64,000 bases of DNA from an uncultured Candidatus Saccharibacteria bacterium (lineage in GTDB: Bacteria; Patescibacteriota; Minisyncoccia; Phycocordibacterales; JAKAEA01): assembly GCA_964532205.1 (NCBI GenBank), contig CAZHGQ010000003.1, forward strand, positions 4,382 through 68,381. The letters are read 5' to 3'. Position numbers and translations under genes: made by a program. This document shows positions 38,289-47,605 of this stretch, piece after piece (position 1 is the first letter of the stretch; each line of letters opens with the position of its first letter). The notes beneath the pieces were generated by a model that was not told the origin of the DNA, made no database searches, and worked only from the letters and a program-made list of their open reading frames with translations.

Positions 38289-39464
38289 ATGAAAGACAAA
38301 CAAATTGAGAAGTTGATTTCGTCGGAAAAGGCTCGTCAAAAGAAGGTTATAAACCTCATCGCTTCGGAAAATTATGTTTCTGACGATGTGCTTAAGGCAT
38401 TGGGTTCGGAGCTCACCAATAAGTACGCTGAAGGCTATCCTACCAAGCGATACTACGGTGGCCAGACATTTATCGACAAGATTGAACAATTGGCTCAAGA
38501 GCGAGCGCTTAAACTTTTCAAGCTTTCCCCAAATAAATGGCATGTGAATGTGCAACCGCTCTCGGGTTCACCAGCTAATGTTGCTGTTTACACTGCTCTT
38601 GTACCACCGGGCGGCAAAATCATGGGTATGTCGCTCGATAACGGTGGTCACTTAACGCACGGTCACAAAGTTTCTATTACCGGCAAATTCTGGGTGCAGG
38701 TACCATACGGCGTTCATAAACAAACTGAACAAATTGATTATGATGAAATCATGGCTATTGCCACTGAGCAAAAACCAAATCTCATCGTAGCCGGTTTTAC
38801 CGCGTACCCGCGCCGGATTGATTTTAAGAAATTTAGAACCATCGCTGATGCGGCCGGCGCGGTCCTCATGGTTGACATGTCACACTTTGCTGGCTTAGTA
38901 GCTGGTGAAGCTTACCCAAGTCCATTCCAATACGCTGACGTAGTTACCACGACGGTCCACAAAACACTTCGCGGCCCACGCAGCGCTCTGATTTTTGCTA
39001 AAAAAGATGCTCGAGAATTGGACAAGAAAGTCGACAAGGCGGTGTTTCCTGGCATGCAGGGCGGCCCGCATATGAATCAGATTGCTTCTGTGGCTGTGGC
39101 ACTTAAAGAAGCAGCCACTCCAGCCTTCAAAAAATATGCGCAGCAGATCGTGAAAAATGCCAAAACACTTTCAGATGAACTCACTAAGCGAGGTTGGAAA
39201 ATTGTCTCAGGTGGTACAGATAGCCATTTAATTCTTGTTGATACGTGGATGAACGGTGCTGGTGTTTCAGGTAAAGAAGCTGGCGACCTACTCGAAAAAG
39301 CTAATATTATTGTGAATAAAAACACAATTCCAGGCGAGACTCGTTCACCAATGGATCCGTCGGGTATTCGTCTTGGTACAGCCGCCGAAACAACTCGCGG
39401 TAAGAAAGAAAAAGACATGAAGAAAATTGCTGAACTCATTGACAAAGCTTTGCGTAAAAAATAA
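38289..39464 (+). CDS. glyA: Serine hydroxymethyltransferase
   Basis: The SENYVSDDVLKALGSELTNKYAEGYP ... GGHLTHGH ... TTTVHKTLRGPR motifs are present. Confidence 0.95.
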   Translation: MKDKQIEKLISSEKARQKKVINLIASENYVSDDVLKALGSELTNKYAEGYPTKRYYGGQTFIDKIEQLAQERALKLFKLSPNKWHVNVQPLSGSPANVAVYTALVPPGGKIMGMSLDNGGHLTHGHKVSITGKFWVQVPYGVHKQTEQIDYDEIMAIATEQKPNLIVAGFTAYPRRIDFKKFRTIADAAGAVLMVDMSHFAGLVAGEAYPSPFQYADVVTTTVHKTLRGPRSALIFAKKDARELDKKVDKAVFPGMQGGPHMNQIASVAVALKEAATPAFKKYAQQIVKNAKTLSDELTKRGWKIVSGGTDSHLILVDTWMNGAGVSGKEAGDLLEKANIIVNKNTIPGETRSPMDPSGIRLGTAAETTRGKKEKDMKKIAELIDKALRKK

Positions 39465-39886
39465 TGAAACTGCTCATTAAAAAAGTTCACGCTGACGCAA
39501 CGGTGCCGCACTATGCACACTCAGGTGATGCAGCGTTCGATCTCTTCACGCCGGAAAAAATCGAAATCAAACCCAGTGAGCGAGTCCAAGTGCCGACTGG
39601 TATTGCTATGGAAATACCATTTGGCTTTGCCGGACTCATTTGGGACAAAAGCGGCCTATCACACAAAAATGGCCTCAAGACACTTGGTGGTGTCATTGAC
39701 GCTGGCTATCGCGGCGAGGTAAAAGTTGGTATGATAAATCTCGCCACTGAAACCTATGTTTTTGAAAAAGGACATAAGGTTGCTCAAATGATCATTCAGA
39801 AAATTGAATCACCAGAAATCGAAGAGGTGACGGAATTATCTGATACATCACGCGGTGTCGGTGGTTTTGGTAGCACTGGCAAATAA
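39464..39886 (+). CDS. dut: dUTP diphosphatase
   Basis: The sequence SGDAAFDLF ... GLIWDKSGLS ... GVIDAGYRGEV matches dUTPase motifs I-V. Confidence 0.9.
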   Translation: MKLLIKKVHADATVPHYAHSGDAAFDLFTPEKIEIKPSERVQVPTGIAMEIPFGFAGLIWDKSGLSHKNGLKTLGGVIDAGYRGEVKVGMINLATETYVFEKGHKVAQMIIQKIESPEIEEVTELSDTSRGVGGFGSTGK

Positions 39887-39887
39887 T

Positions 39888-41636
39888 ATGAATATTCACG
39901 ACACAATTAAAGACTCAATCGACAAAGCGCTCAGTACACTGGGTGTGCCTAAAGATATGGTGGATATTGTGCTCGATCATCCAGCCGAAGAAAAGTTTGG
40001 TGATTATTCGACAAACGTGGCTTTGCTCATGTCACGCCAGCTTGGTGCTTCACATAAAAATCCAGTTGAATTGGCCAATAAAATCTCAGCCACAATCAAT
40101 GAGTCGGTAAAGACGGCTGAACATACATATATAGAGAAGACTGAGGTGGCCGGCCCGGGCTTCATCAATTTCTTTTTAAGTCAGGAATTTTTTACCGACG
40201 CCCTTTCAGAAATTTTGGAAAAAACAATTTGGTACGGTAAAACCACCAAGCTGTGGAATAAAAAAATCATTATTGAGCATACCAATATGAATCCGTTCAA
40301 GCCATTTCATATTGGTCACTTGGTTAACAATGCGATTGGCGAATCAATTACCCGTACGCTTGAATTTCAAGATGCCAAAGTCAGCCGCGCTACGTACGGT
40401 GGTGACGTCGGCTTGCATGTGGCCAAAACAGTCTGGGGTGTAATGCAGAAAAAAGCTGAATTGCCAGCTCAGGGCGACACTAAGCAAAAAATTGAATTCA
40501 TCGGCATGGCCTACGCCTTTGGTTCAAATGCTTATGATACTGACGAAACCGCTCAGCAGGAAATTCAGAATATCAATAAGAAAATTTTTGAACACTCTGA
40601 CGCGGAAATAAATGAAATATATGATTGGGGTCGCGATATTAGCCTCAAGTATTTCCAGTTGATTTATAAAAAACTCGATACCCGTTTTGATTATTCATTT
40701 TATGAAAGCGAAGTTTCTGAGGAGGGGGTAAATATTGTTACCGCCTTTCTGGAGCGTGGTATTTTTGAACAAAGTCAGGGTGCGATTATTTTCCCGGGTG
40801 AAAAATATGGTTTGCATAATCGTGTCTTTATCAATTCGCTTGGTTTGCCAACATATGAAGCTAAAGAACTTGGCCTGACCAAGAAAAAGTTTGAGTTGCA
40901 TGATTATAGTCACTCAATCGTTATTACCGCTAATGAGCAGAATGATTATTTCAAGGTTATCTTAAAAGTCCTGAGCCTCATCTATCCAGAAATTGCTGAT
41001 CGCACCAGACACATTGGTCACGGCATGATGCGCCTTTCAACGGGCAAGATGAGTTCACGAAAGGGTAATGTCGTTACCGGTGAGTCACTCATTGCTGAAA
41101 TGGAAGATATGGTGACAGAAAAAGTTAAAGACCGTGAATTGCCTGAATCACAGAAGAAAGAAATTATTGAAGCGGTAGCACTTGGAGCAATTAAATATTC
41201 AATTTTGAAACAATCACTTGGCAAAGACATTGTCTTTGATCCAGAAAAGTCTATTTCGTTTGAAGGTGATTCGGGTCCGTATTTGCAATACACGTTTGTC
41301 CGTACCCAATCTATTCTTCACAAAGCCGAAGAAGAGGGAATTAGGGGCAAGATTACCAAAACCGCTGCCAATAAACTTGGTGTAACGCCGCTGCATCGTT
41401 TGCTGTATAAATTCCCAGAAGTCGTGGAGCGTTCAGCGACAGAATTTGCGCCGCATCACATCACTACATATCTGACAATGTTGGCTTCTGAGTTTAATGC
41501 CTACTACGCTAATAATAAAATTGTTGATGCTAAAGACGAAACATCAGCGTATAAAATCGCTCTCACCGAAGCGGTGGGCTGGGTCTTGAAGGATGGTTTG
41601 CACCTACTTGGTATTCATGCGCCGGAGAGGATGTAA
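39888..41636 (+). CDS. argS: Arginine--tRNA ligase
   Basis: HTNMNPFKPFHIGHL is the HIGH motif. The N-terminal Arg_tRNA_synt_N-like domain and the C-terminal DALR region are present. The ATG lies 2 nt after the dut stop. Confidence 0.9.
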   Translation: MNIHDTIKDSIDKALSTLGVPKDMVDIVLDHPAEEKFGDYSTNVALLMSRQLGASHKNPVELANKISATINESVKTAEHTYIEKTEVAGPGFINFFLSQEFFTDALSEILEKTIWYGKTTKLWNKKIIIEHTNMNPFKPFHIGHLVNNAIGESITRTLEFQDAKVSRATYGGDVGLHVAKTVWGVMQKKAELPAQGDTKQKIEFIGMAYAFGSNAYDTDETAQQEIQNINKKIFEHSDAEINEIYDWGRDISLKYFQLIYKKLDTRFDYSFYESEVSEEGVNIVTAFLERGIFEQSQGAIIFPGEKYGLHNRVFINSLGLPTYEAKELGLTKKKFELHDYSHSIVITANEQNDYFKVILKVLSLIYPEIADRTRHIGHGMMRLSTGKMSSRKGNVVTGESLIAEMEDMVTEKVKDRELPESQKKEIIEAVALGAIKYSILKQSLGKDIVFDPEKSISFEGDSGPYLQYTFVRTQSILHKAEEEGIRGKITKTAANKLGVTPLHRLLYKFPEVVERSATEFAPHHITTYLTMLASEFNAYYANNKIVDAKDETSAYKIALTEAVGWVLKDGLHLLGIHAPERM

Positions 41637-41673
41637 AGTTTGGAAAACCCTAAAAAAATGCTAGTATTCGGGC

Positions 41674-44600
41674 ATGGCCGAGCACAAATCCGAACGAGCG
41701 TTGCGCGAAGAAGCTATCCAAGAATTCTGGCGCGAACACGATATTTTCAAAAAAACACTGCGGAAACCTTCACCGAAGGGTGAATTTGTCTTTTATGATG
41801 GTCCACCATTCGCTACCGGTCAGCCGCACTATGGTCATATTTTGGCTGGTACGATGAAGGACGCCATTCCGCGCTATAAAACCATGCAGGGCTACCATGT
41901 GCCGCGGGTGTGGGGCTGGGATTGCCACGGTTTACCGATCGAAAATCTGGTTGAAAAAGAATTGGGCTTGAAATCTAAAAAAGATATTGAGGATTTTGGT
42001 ATTCAAAAATTTAATGAAGCGGCCCGGGCGGCGGTGCTGCGTTATGACGCTGACTGGAAGAAAATCGTGCCGCGCACGGGCCGCTTCATCGACATGGATT
42101 TGGCATACCTCACGATGCAGCCCTCATATTCTGAATCAATTTGGTGGTCATTTAAAACACTGCATGACAAAGGTTTGATCTATCAGGGTTTTAAATCGAT
42201 GCATTTGTGTCCGCATTGTGGTACGACACTTTCAAACTTCGAAGTCGCTCAGGGCTACAAAGACATCACTGATATTTCAGTGTATGTAAAATTTGAACTG
42301 GTTGATGAACCAGGTATATTTGTGCTGGCATGGACAACAACGCCGTGGACATTGCCCGGTAATGTGGCGTTGGCTGTAAAATCTGACATTCAATATGTAC
42401 AGGTTGAAGTAAAAGGCGAACAGATAATTTTAGCTAAGGACAGACTGTCAGTAATTAAAGATGAATACACAGTTATTAAAGAATTTTCTGGCGCTGAACT
42501 TGTTGGCAAAACATATAAACCAGTGTTTCCATACTACAAAGACGCCGAACTCAAACACAAAGAAAATATCTGGAAGATCGTGGCGGCAGATTTTGTGACG
42601 ACACAGGATGGTGTGGGTGTGGTCCACATTGCTCCGGGCTACGGTGAAGATGACTACGTGTTGTCATTAAAAGAAAAATTACCATTCATTCAGCATGTTG
42701 GCACTGACGGTGCCTTCAAAAAAGAGGTCACGGACTTTGCCGGCGAACAGGTAAAACCAAAAGATGATCACCAAAAAGCTGACGTCGAAATCATTAAATA
42801 TTTGGCGCATCATAATTCACTATTTGCTAAAGAAAAATTAGTTCACTCATATCCGCATTGTTGGCGCTGTGATACACCGCTGCTTAACTACGCCACAAGC
42901 TCATGGTTTGTGGAGGTCACAAAACTTAAAGACCGCCTCGTAGCAGAAAACAAAAAAGTTCATTGGGTACCGGCAGAAATTGGCGAAGGTCGCTTCGGTA
43001 AATGGCTTGAAGGCGCTCGTGACTGGGCAATTTCACGTTCACGCTACTGGGGTGCGCCATTGCCTGTCTGGATCTGTGCCGATTGTAATCAAACTGAAGT
43101 TATTGGCACGGTGGCTGATTTGAAAAAGAAAACCAAGCGCAATAACTATTTCGTTATGCGTCACGGTGAAGCTGATCACAATGTAGCCAACATTTTAAGT
43201 TCCAAGGCGACAAATCCGCATCATTTGACTGAGCGAGGGCAGGAAACAGTGGCGACGATGGCCAAAGCGCTTGTCGATAAAAATATCGACATCATTATTG
43301 CTTCACCATTTGTGCGTACCAAAGAAACGGCAGATATCGTCGTTGAAGAAATTGCCTTCAAAGGCCAGGTGCAAACAGATGAACGTCTGGCTGAATATGA
43401 TTTCGGTGATTTGGATGGCCAGAGCATTGAAAAATATCACAGCTATTATTCATCGGTGACTGAACGTTTTGAAAAACGTTTACCAAACGGCGAAAATTTG
43501 CGTGATGTTAAACAGCGCATCGGCAATTTCTTGTATGACATTGATCAGAAATACGAAGGTAAAAATATTTTGTTCGTGACACATGATGGTCCAGCCAGCA
43601 TGATTTTTGCCGTGGCTGAAGGTGCTGATGATAAAGGTATGCTTGAACTCTGGGGCATGGATCGTGACTTTCTCTCGCCGGGACAAGAGGCGGTTTTGGA
43701 ATTTTCACAGTTGCCTCATAACGGTGATTACAGTCTCGATTTGCACCGACCGTATATAGATGAGGTGACATTTTCTTGTAGCTGCGGCGGCACAATGAAG
43801 CGCGTGCCGGAAGTCTTTGATACCTGGTATGAATCAGGTTCAATGCCGTACAGTCAGATTCATTATCCATTTGAAAATAAAGATAAGATCGACAATAAGC
43901 TGCAATTTCCAGCCAACTTTATTGCCGAAGGTCAGGATCAGACTCGTGGCTGGTTCTACTCATTACTTGTGCTCTCCGTCGGTCTCTTTGATCAAACTCC
44001 ATATCAGAATGTAATTGTTAACGGTATTGTTTTGGCTGAAGATGGTCAGAAAATGTCGAAGCGCTTAAAGAATTACCCTGATGTCTCGTATGTACTCGAC
44101 AAGTATGGCGCCGATGCTATGCGTTACTACATGCTTTCTTCACCGGTTGTGAAGGCTGAAGATTTGGCTTTTTCGGAGCGGGGATTGGATGAAGTTGTGA
44201 AAAAACTTTTGATGCGCTTGCAGAATGTCTACACATTCTACGAAACATACAAAGCTGAACAAAAGCCGCATCATGTTGATTCAAAAAATGTTTTGGATCG
44301 TTGGATTTTGGCGCGCTTAGCAGAACTTACAAAAACAGTGACGGAAAGTTTGGAAAACTATGAGCTCGACCGCGCCGCAAAACCGTTTATGCTTTTTGTC
44401 GACGATCTTTCAACCTGGTATTTGCGCCGCTCACGCGATCGTTTTAAGGGTGAAGATGAAAATGATAAGCAGTCAGCGTTAAAAACTATTGAGCATGTGT
44501 TACGTGAATTGGCAAAACTTATGGCGCCATTCATGCCATTTGTCGCTGAAGATTTGTACCAAAAATTGAAGACAGAGAAATCAGAATTGAGCGTACACCT

Positions 44601-45108
44601 CGAACAGTGGCCGACACATATGCAGTTTGATGAAAACATCCTGACAGATATGAATAACGTTCGGGCATTGGTCACCAAGGCTTTGGAATTACGGGCTTCA
44701 GCAGGCCTTAAAATCCGTCAGCCATTGGCCACATTAAAACTGAACCAAAATCTCGACACTGATTTACTCAATATTATTGCTGACGAATTGAATGTTAAAG
44801 AGGTTGTTTTTGATGTCAAAACGGAAGATGTCTGGCTTGATACGACAATTTCTGAAGAATTAAAGCGTGAGGGACAGGCACGAGAGCTCCAGCGCGCAAT
44901 TCAGGATATGCGTAAAGCTGAAAAACTCAATCCAAGTGATTCGATTGTATTGAATGTGCACAGTACTCAGGCGGGTTTGGATCTAGTACATACGTTTAAA
45001 GCAGATCTGATGAAAACCTGTCGCATTACTGAAATAAAAACTGGTGCTTCTGGTCAAAAGGTGGTGATCGATGATTTGGAATTTGATCTGAGCATAGAAC
45101 GTGCCTAA
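41674..45108 (+). CDS. ileS: Isoleucine--tRNA ligase (type 2, eukaryote-like) carrying an in-frame inserted histidine-phosphatase domain at about aa 488-686
   Basis: PPFATGQPHYGHIL is the HIGH motif and WAISRSRYWGAPLPVW and KMSKRLKNYPD (KMSKS) are present. The inserted segment has YFVMRHGE ... LTERGQE ... SPFVRTKETA ... FVTHDG, flanked by canonical IleS sequence (VIGTVADL | DLHRPYIDE..FDTWYESGSMPY). Confidence 0.9.
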   Translation: MAEHKSERALREEAIQEFWREHDIFKKTLRKPSPKGEFVFYDGPPFATGQPHYGHILAGTMKDAIPRYKTMQGYHVPRVWGWDCHGLPIENLVEKELGLKSKKDIEDFGIQKFNEAARAAVLRYDADWKKIVPRTGRFIDMDLAYLTMQPSYSESIWWSFKTLHDKGLIYQGFKSMHLCPHCGTTLSNFEVAQGYKDITDISVYVKFELVDEPGIFVLAWTTTPWTLPGNVALAVKSDIQYVQVEVKGEQIILAKDRLSVIKDEYTVIKEFSGAELVGKTYKPVFPYYKDAELKHKENIWKIVAADFVTTQDGVGVVHIAPGYGEDDYVLSLKEKLPFIQHVGTDGAFKKEVTDFAGEQVKPKDDHQKADVEIIKYLAHHNSLFAKEKLVHSYPHCWRCDTPLLNYATSSWFVEVTKLKDRLVAENKKVHWVPAEIGEGRFGKWLEGARDWAISRSRYWGAPLPVWICADCNQTEVIGTVADLKKKTKRNNYFVMRHGEADHNVANILSSKATNPHHLTERGQETVATMAKALVDKNIDIIIASPFVRTKETADIVVEEIAFKGQVQTDERLAEYDFGDLDGQSIEKYHSYYSSVTERFEKRLPNGENLRDVKQRIGNFLYDIDQKYEGKNILFVTHDGPASMIFAVAEGADDKGMLELWGMDRDFLSPGQEAVLEFSQLPHNGDYSLDLHRPYIDEVTFSCSCGGTMKRVPEVFDTWYESGSMPYSQIHYPFENKDKIDNKLQFPANFIAEGQDQTRGWFYSLLVLSVGLFDQTPYQNVIVNGIVLAEDGQKMSKRLKNYPDVSYVLDKYGADAMRYYMLSSPVVKAEDLAFSERGLDEVVKKLLMRLQNVYTFYETYKAEQKPHHVDSKNVLDRWILARLAELTKTVTESLENYELDRAAKPFMLFVDDLSTWYLRRSRDRFKGEDENDKQSALKTIEHVLRELAKLMAPFMPFVAEDLYQKLKTEKSELSVHLEQWPTHMQFDENILTDMNNVRALVTKALELRASAGLKIRQPLATLKLNQNLDTDLLNIIADELNVKEVVFDVKTEDVWLDTTISEELKREGQARELQRAIQDMRKAEKLNPSDSIVLNVHSTQAGLDLVHTFKADLMKTCRITEIKTGASGQKVVIDDLEFDLSIERA
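43135..43731 (+). other. Histidine-phosphatase (RHG/phosphoglycerate-mutase-fold) domain inserted inside ileS
   Basis: Motifs RHG, a second Arg, a Glu, and His in THDG are all present. There are no intein splice motifs. Confidence 0.7.
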
Positions 45109-45698
45109 TGGCTCATCATATCTACAACACCAAAGGTTTTGTCTTAGAAAGCAGTAATACCGGCGAGGCTAATAAAATGTACTCGCTGCTTACGGCTGAC
45201 GTGGGCTTAGTGCGAGCTATGGCTCAAGGGGTGCGTTTGCAAAAATCGAAACTGCGCTACAGCTTGCAAGACTTTTCGGCGGGCACAATTTCACTTGTCC
45301 GAGGCAAAGAAATTTGGCGCATTACTAGTGCTAAAATTGATCACAATCTCTACTACGATTTTAAATCACAGCCGGCCACGCGTTTGGTTGTAGCTAATAT
45401 TTTTAATTTGTTAAAGCGCCTGATTGTTGGTGAAGAAATAAATAAAAAATTATTCGAGCTTGTTTCAAATGCACTGGATTTTTTATACGCAGAAAAACTT
45501 TCAGCTGAGGAGGTCGGACTGTTTGAACGCATTGTGGTAGTACAGATTTTGCACAATCTTGGCTATATTGGCCATAAAACTGCCCTCGGTGACTTTTTAG
45601 AAGGGCAGTGGAGTCGGGAATTACTCGTCGCATTTGAGCCAAAAAAGAAGCTGGCACTGGAGGAAATTAATAACGCTCTAAGGGCTTCACAGCTATAG
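45108..45698 (+). CDS. recO: DNA repair protein RecO (short form)
   Basis: The N-terminal OB-fold reads TKGFVLESSNTGEANKMYSLLTADVGLVRAMAQGVRLQKSKLRYSLQDFS, typical of RecO. The gene is TAATG-coupled to ileS. Confidence 0.6.
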   Translation: MAHHIYNTKGFVLESSNTGEANKMYSLLTADVGLVRAMAQGVRLQKSKLRYSLQDFSAGTISLVRGKEIWRITSAKIDHNLYYDFKSQPATRLVVANIFNLLKRLIVGEEINKKLFELVSNALDFLYAEKLSAEEVGLFERIVVVQILHNLGYIGHKTALGDFLEGQWSRELLVAFEPKKKLALEEINNALRASQL

Positions 45699-45717
45699 CC
45701 TGTGTTATAATAATTGG

Positions 45718-47604
45718 GTGAATTTCAAGAATTCTCATAACATTGAGGATCTTCAGGATAAAATTAATGCCCGCTCTTTTGAAGCGCCAGATTTGCCACG
45801 TACCGAACTGCACAAGGATAAACAACACATTTTTAATGAGTGGCAGCATCCTGATTTGCAGGCTAAAATCAATCAGCAACAACAAAATCGCTCCAGTTCA
45901 GTTTTTAAGAAAATTTTTATTGGTTCGATTATCTTTTTCGTAGTCTGCTCGGCCCTGGCTCTGGTTATTATCTTCGGTGGCTTTAATATCATATCAACCA
46001 ATAAAGTTGATGTGGCTTTTCTGGGTCCTGTTACCATAGCAGCCGGTGAGCAGTTGTCTGTGGATGTGGATGTTAAAAACAATAACAGTACCGCTTTGGA
46101 AAATGTGGTGATGTATGTTGATTATCCTGATGGTACTAAGAACGATCAGAATAGCGCGCAGTTATCACATCAAAAAATCGAACTCGGTTCTTTGGCTGTT
46201 GGACAGAATTATCGACAAAATTTGAAAGCCATATTATTTGGTAATCAGAAAGATATTAAACAGATTAAGATTTCTGTTCAGTACAATATCAAGAATTCAA
46301 ACGACGAATTTAAAAAGGAAAAAACATACGAGGTTACACTGAGCTCGACACCACTTGTGATGACGGTTGCCCATGCCCCGCAGGTAACATCTGGTCAGGA
46401 AGTTACGTTTGATGTTGATATTGTCTCAAATGCGGCGATTGAACTGCACAATTTGCTGGTTCGAGCACAATTTCCATTCGGTTTTGAATTCAAGAGCTCT
46501 GACCCAAAGCCTTCTATTGGTCAGAATCCAATTTGGAGTATTGAGACCTTGCCGCCTGGCCAGAAAAAAACTATTCATATCACTGGTATTCTTAATGGCC
46601 AGGAAAACGATGAACGGATTTTTAGATTTGTTGTTGGGGAGCAGAGTCAAACCGATCCGACAGCCATTGCCACAACATATTTATCACAAGCTGAATCGGT
46701 AGCGGTAAAACGTCCAGCACTTCAAGCCGATGTTTTATTGAGTGATTCAGCAAGTTCAACAGTGGTTGTTGAAAAAAATAGACTGGTGAATGGTTCGTTG
46801 GCGATTACAAACAATTTAAATGTCAGCATCTCTAATGTTGAGGTTTCAGCCGTCTTTTCGGGCGCTGCTCTTGATCCAGCAAGTCCAAATCCAGCTGGTG
46901 GCGGTTACTATCAGTCACTCAATCGCACGGTAATTTGGAACAAGCAGGGTGATAAAAAATTGGCTTTGCTAGCTCCAGGAGATTCTGAGTATTTGTCATT
47001 CACGTTTAGTGCATTACCCACTGCGGCCGTTGGCAGCACGATGACTGTTAAGTTGAATGTTACCGGTACTGTGCCAAATTCTGATGGTTCATTGCAAAAA
47101 ATTACTAACACTCAGACTCGATTGGTGAAACTTCAGTCAAATGTTGGTTTGCAAGCTCGTACATTCTATTCTTCCGGTCCGTTTAAAAACACCGGCCCAA
47201 TTCCGCCTACTGTTGATAAAAAGACGACATACACCGTGACCTGGAATGTTCAGAATTCAAGTGCAATATACAATACAATTGTAAAAGGTAGATTGCCACA
47301 GGGTGTTGAGTGGGTAGGTGCGACATCGCCAGCCACAGAAAAGATTTCGTTTGATGCTGATACAAAACAGATTACCTGGAATGTGGGCGATGTTTCAACG
47401 GGCGCCCGACAGGCTTCGTTCCAAGTCAGTATCGTGCCAAGTATCAATCAGTTGGGTTTTGAACCAACCCTGGTTGAGGCCCAGACTATTACCGCTATCG
47501 ATGTCTTTACTGGTAGCAATCTTTCAACTACAATCGAAGATCTCGGCACAGATCTAAGCGCCGACTCGACAATTAAAGGTTCAGTTGGTAGTGTCATTAA
47601 ATAA
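45718..47604 (+). CDS. Large N-terminally membrane-anchored beta-sandwich repeat protein (DUF11/CARDB-like), hypothetical
   Basis: A TM helix IFIGSIIFFVVCSALALVIIFGG is followed by about 550 aa of beta-rich sequence with no catalytic motif. Confidence 0.4.
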   Translation: MNFKNSHNIEDLQDKINARSFEAPDLPRTELHKDKQHIFNEWQHPDLQAKINQQQQNRSSSVFKKIFIGSIIFFVVCSALALVIIFGGFNIISTNKVDVAFLGPVTIAAGEQLSVDVDVKNNNSTALENVVMYVDYPDGTKNDQNSAQLSHQKIELGSLAVGQNYRQNLKAILFGNQKDIKQIKISVQYNIKNSNDEFKKEKTYEVTLSSTPLVMTVAHAPQVTSGQEVTFDVDIVSNAAIELHNLLVRAQFPFGFEFKSSDPKPSIGQNPIWSIETLPPGQKKTIHITGILNGQENDERIFRFVVGEQSQTDPTAIATTYLSQAESVAVKRPALQADVLLSDSASSTVVVEKNRLVNGSLAITNNLNVSISNVEVSAVFSGAALDPASPNPAGGGYYQSLNRTVIWNKQGDKKLALLAPGDSEYLSFTFSALPTAAVGSTMTVKLNVTGTVPNSDGSLQKITNTQTRLVKLQSNVGLQARTFYSSGPFKNTGPIPPTVDKKTTYTVTWNVQNSSAIYNTIVKGRLPQGVEWVGATSPATEKISFDADTKQITWNVGDVSTGARQASFQVSIVPSINQLGFEPTLVEAQTITAIDVFTGSNLSTTIEDLGTDLSADSTIKGSVGSVIK

Positions 47605-47605
47605 T

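Noticed and set aside
43135-43731. An intein within ileS as the explanation for the extra 200 aa
   Set aside because: The segment starts with ...NYFVMRHGE and has no Cys/Ser/Thr nucleophile at a splice junction. Its HN near the end is followed by Gly rather than C/S/T, and no Hint or endonuclease motifs are present. Instead it carries a complete histidine-phosphatase catalytic set.
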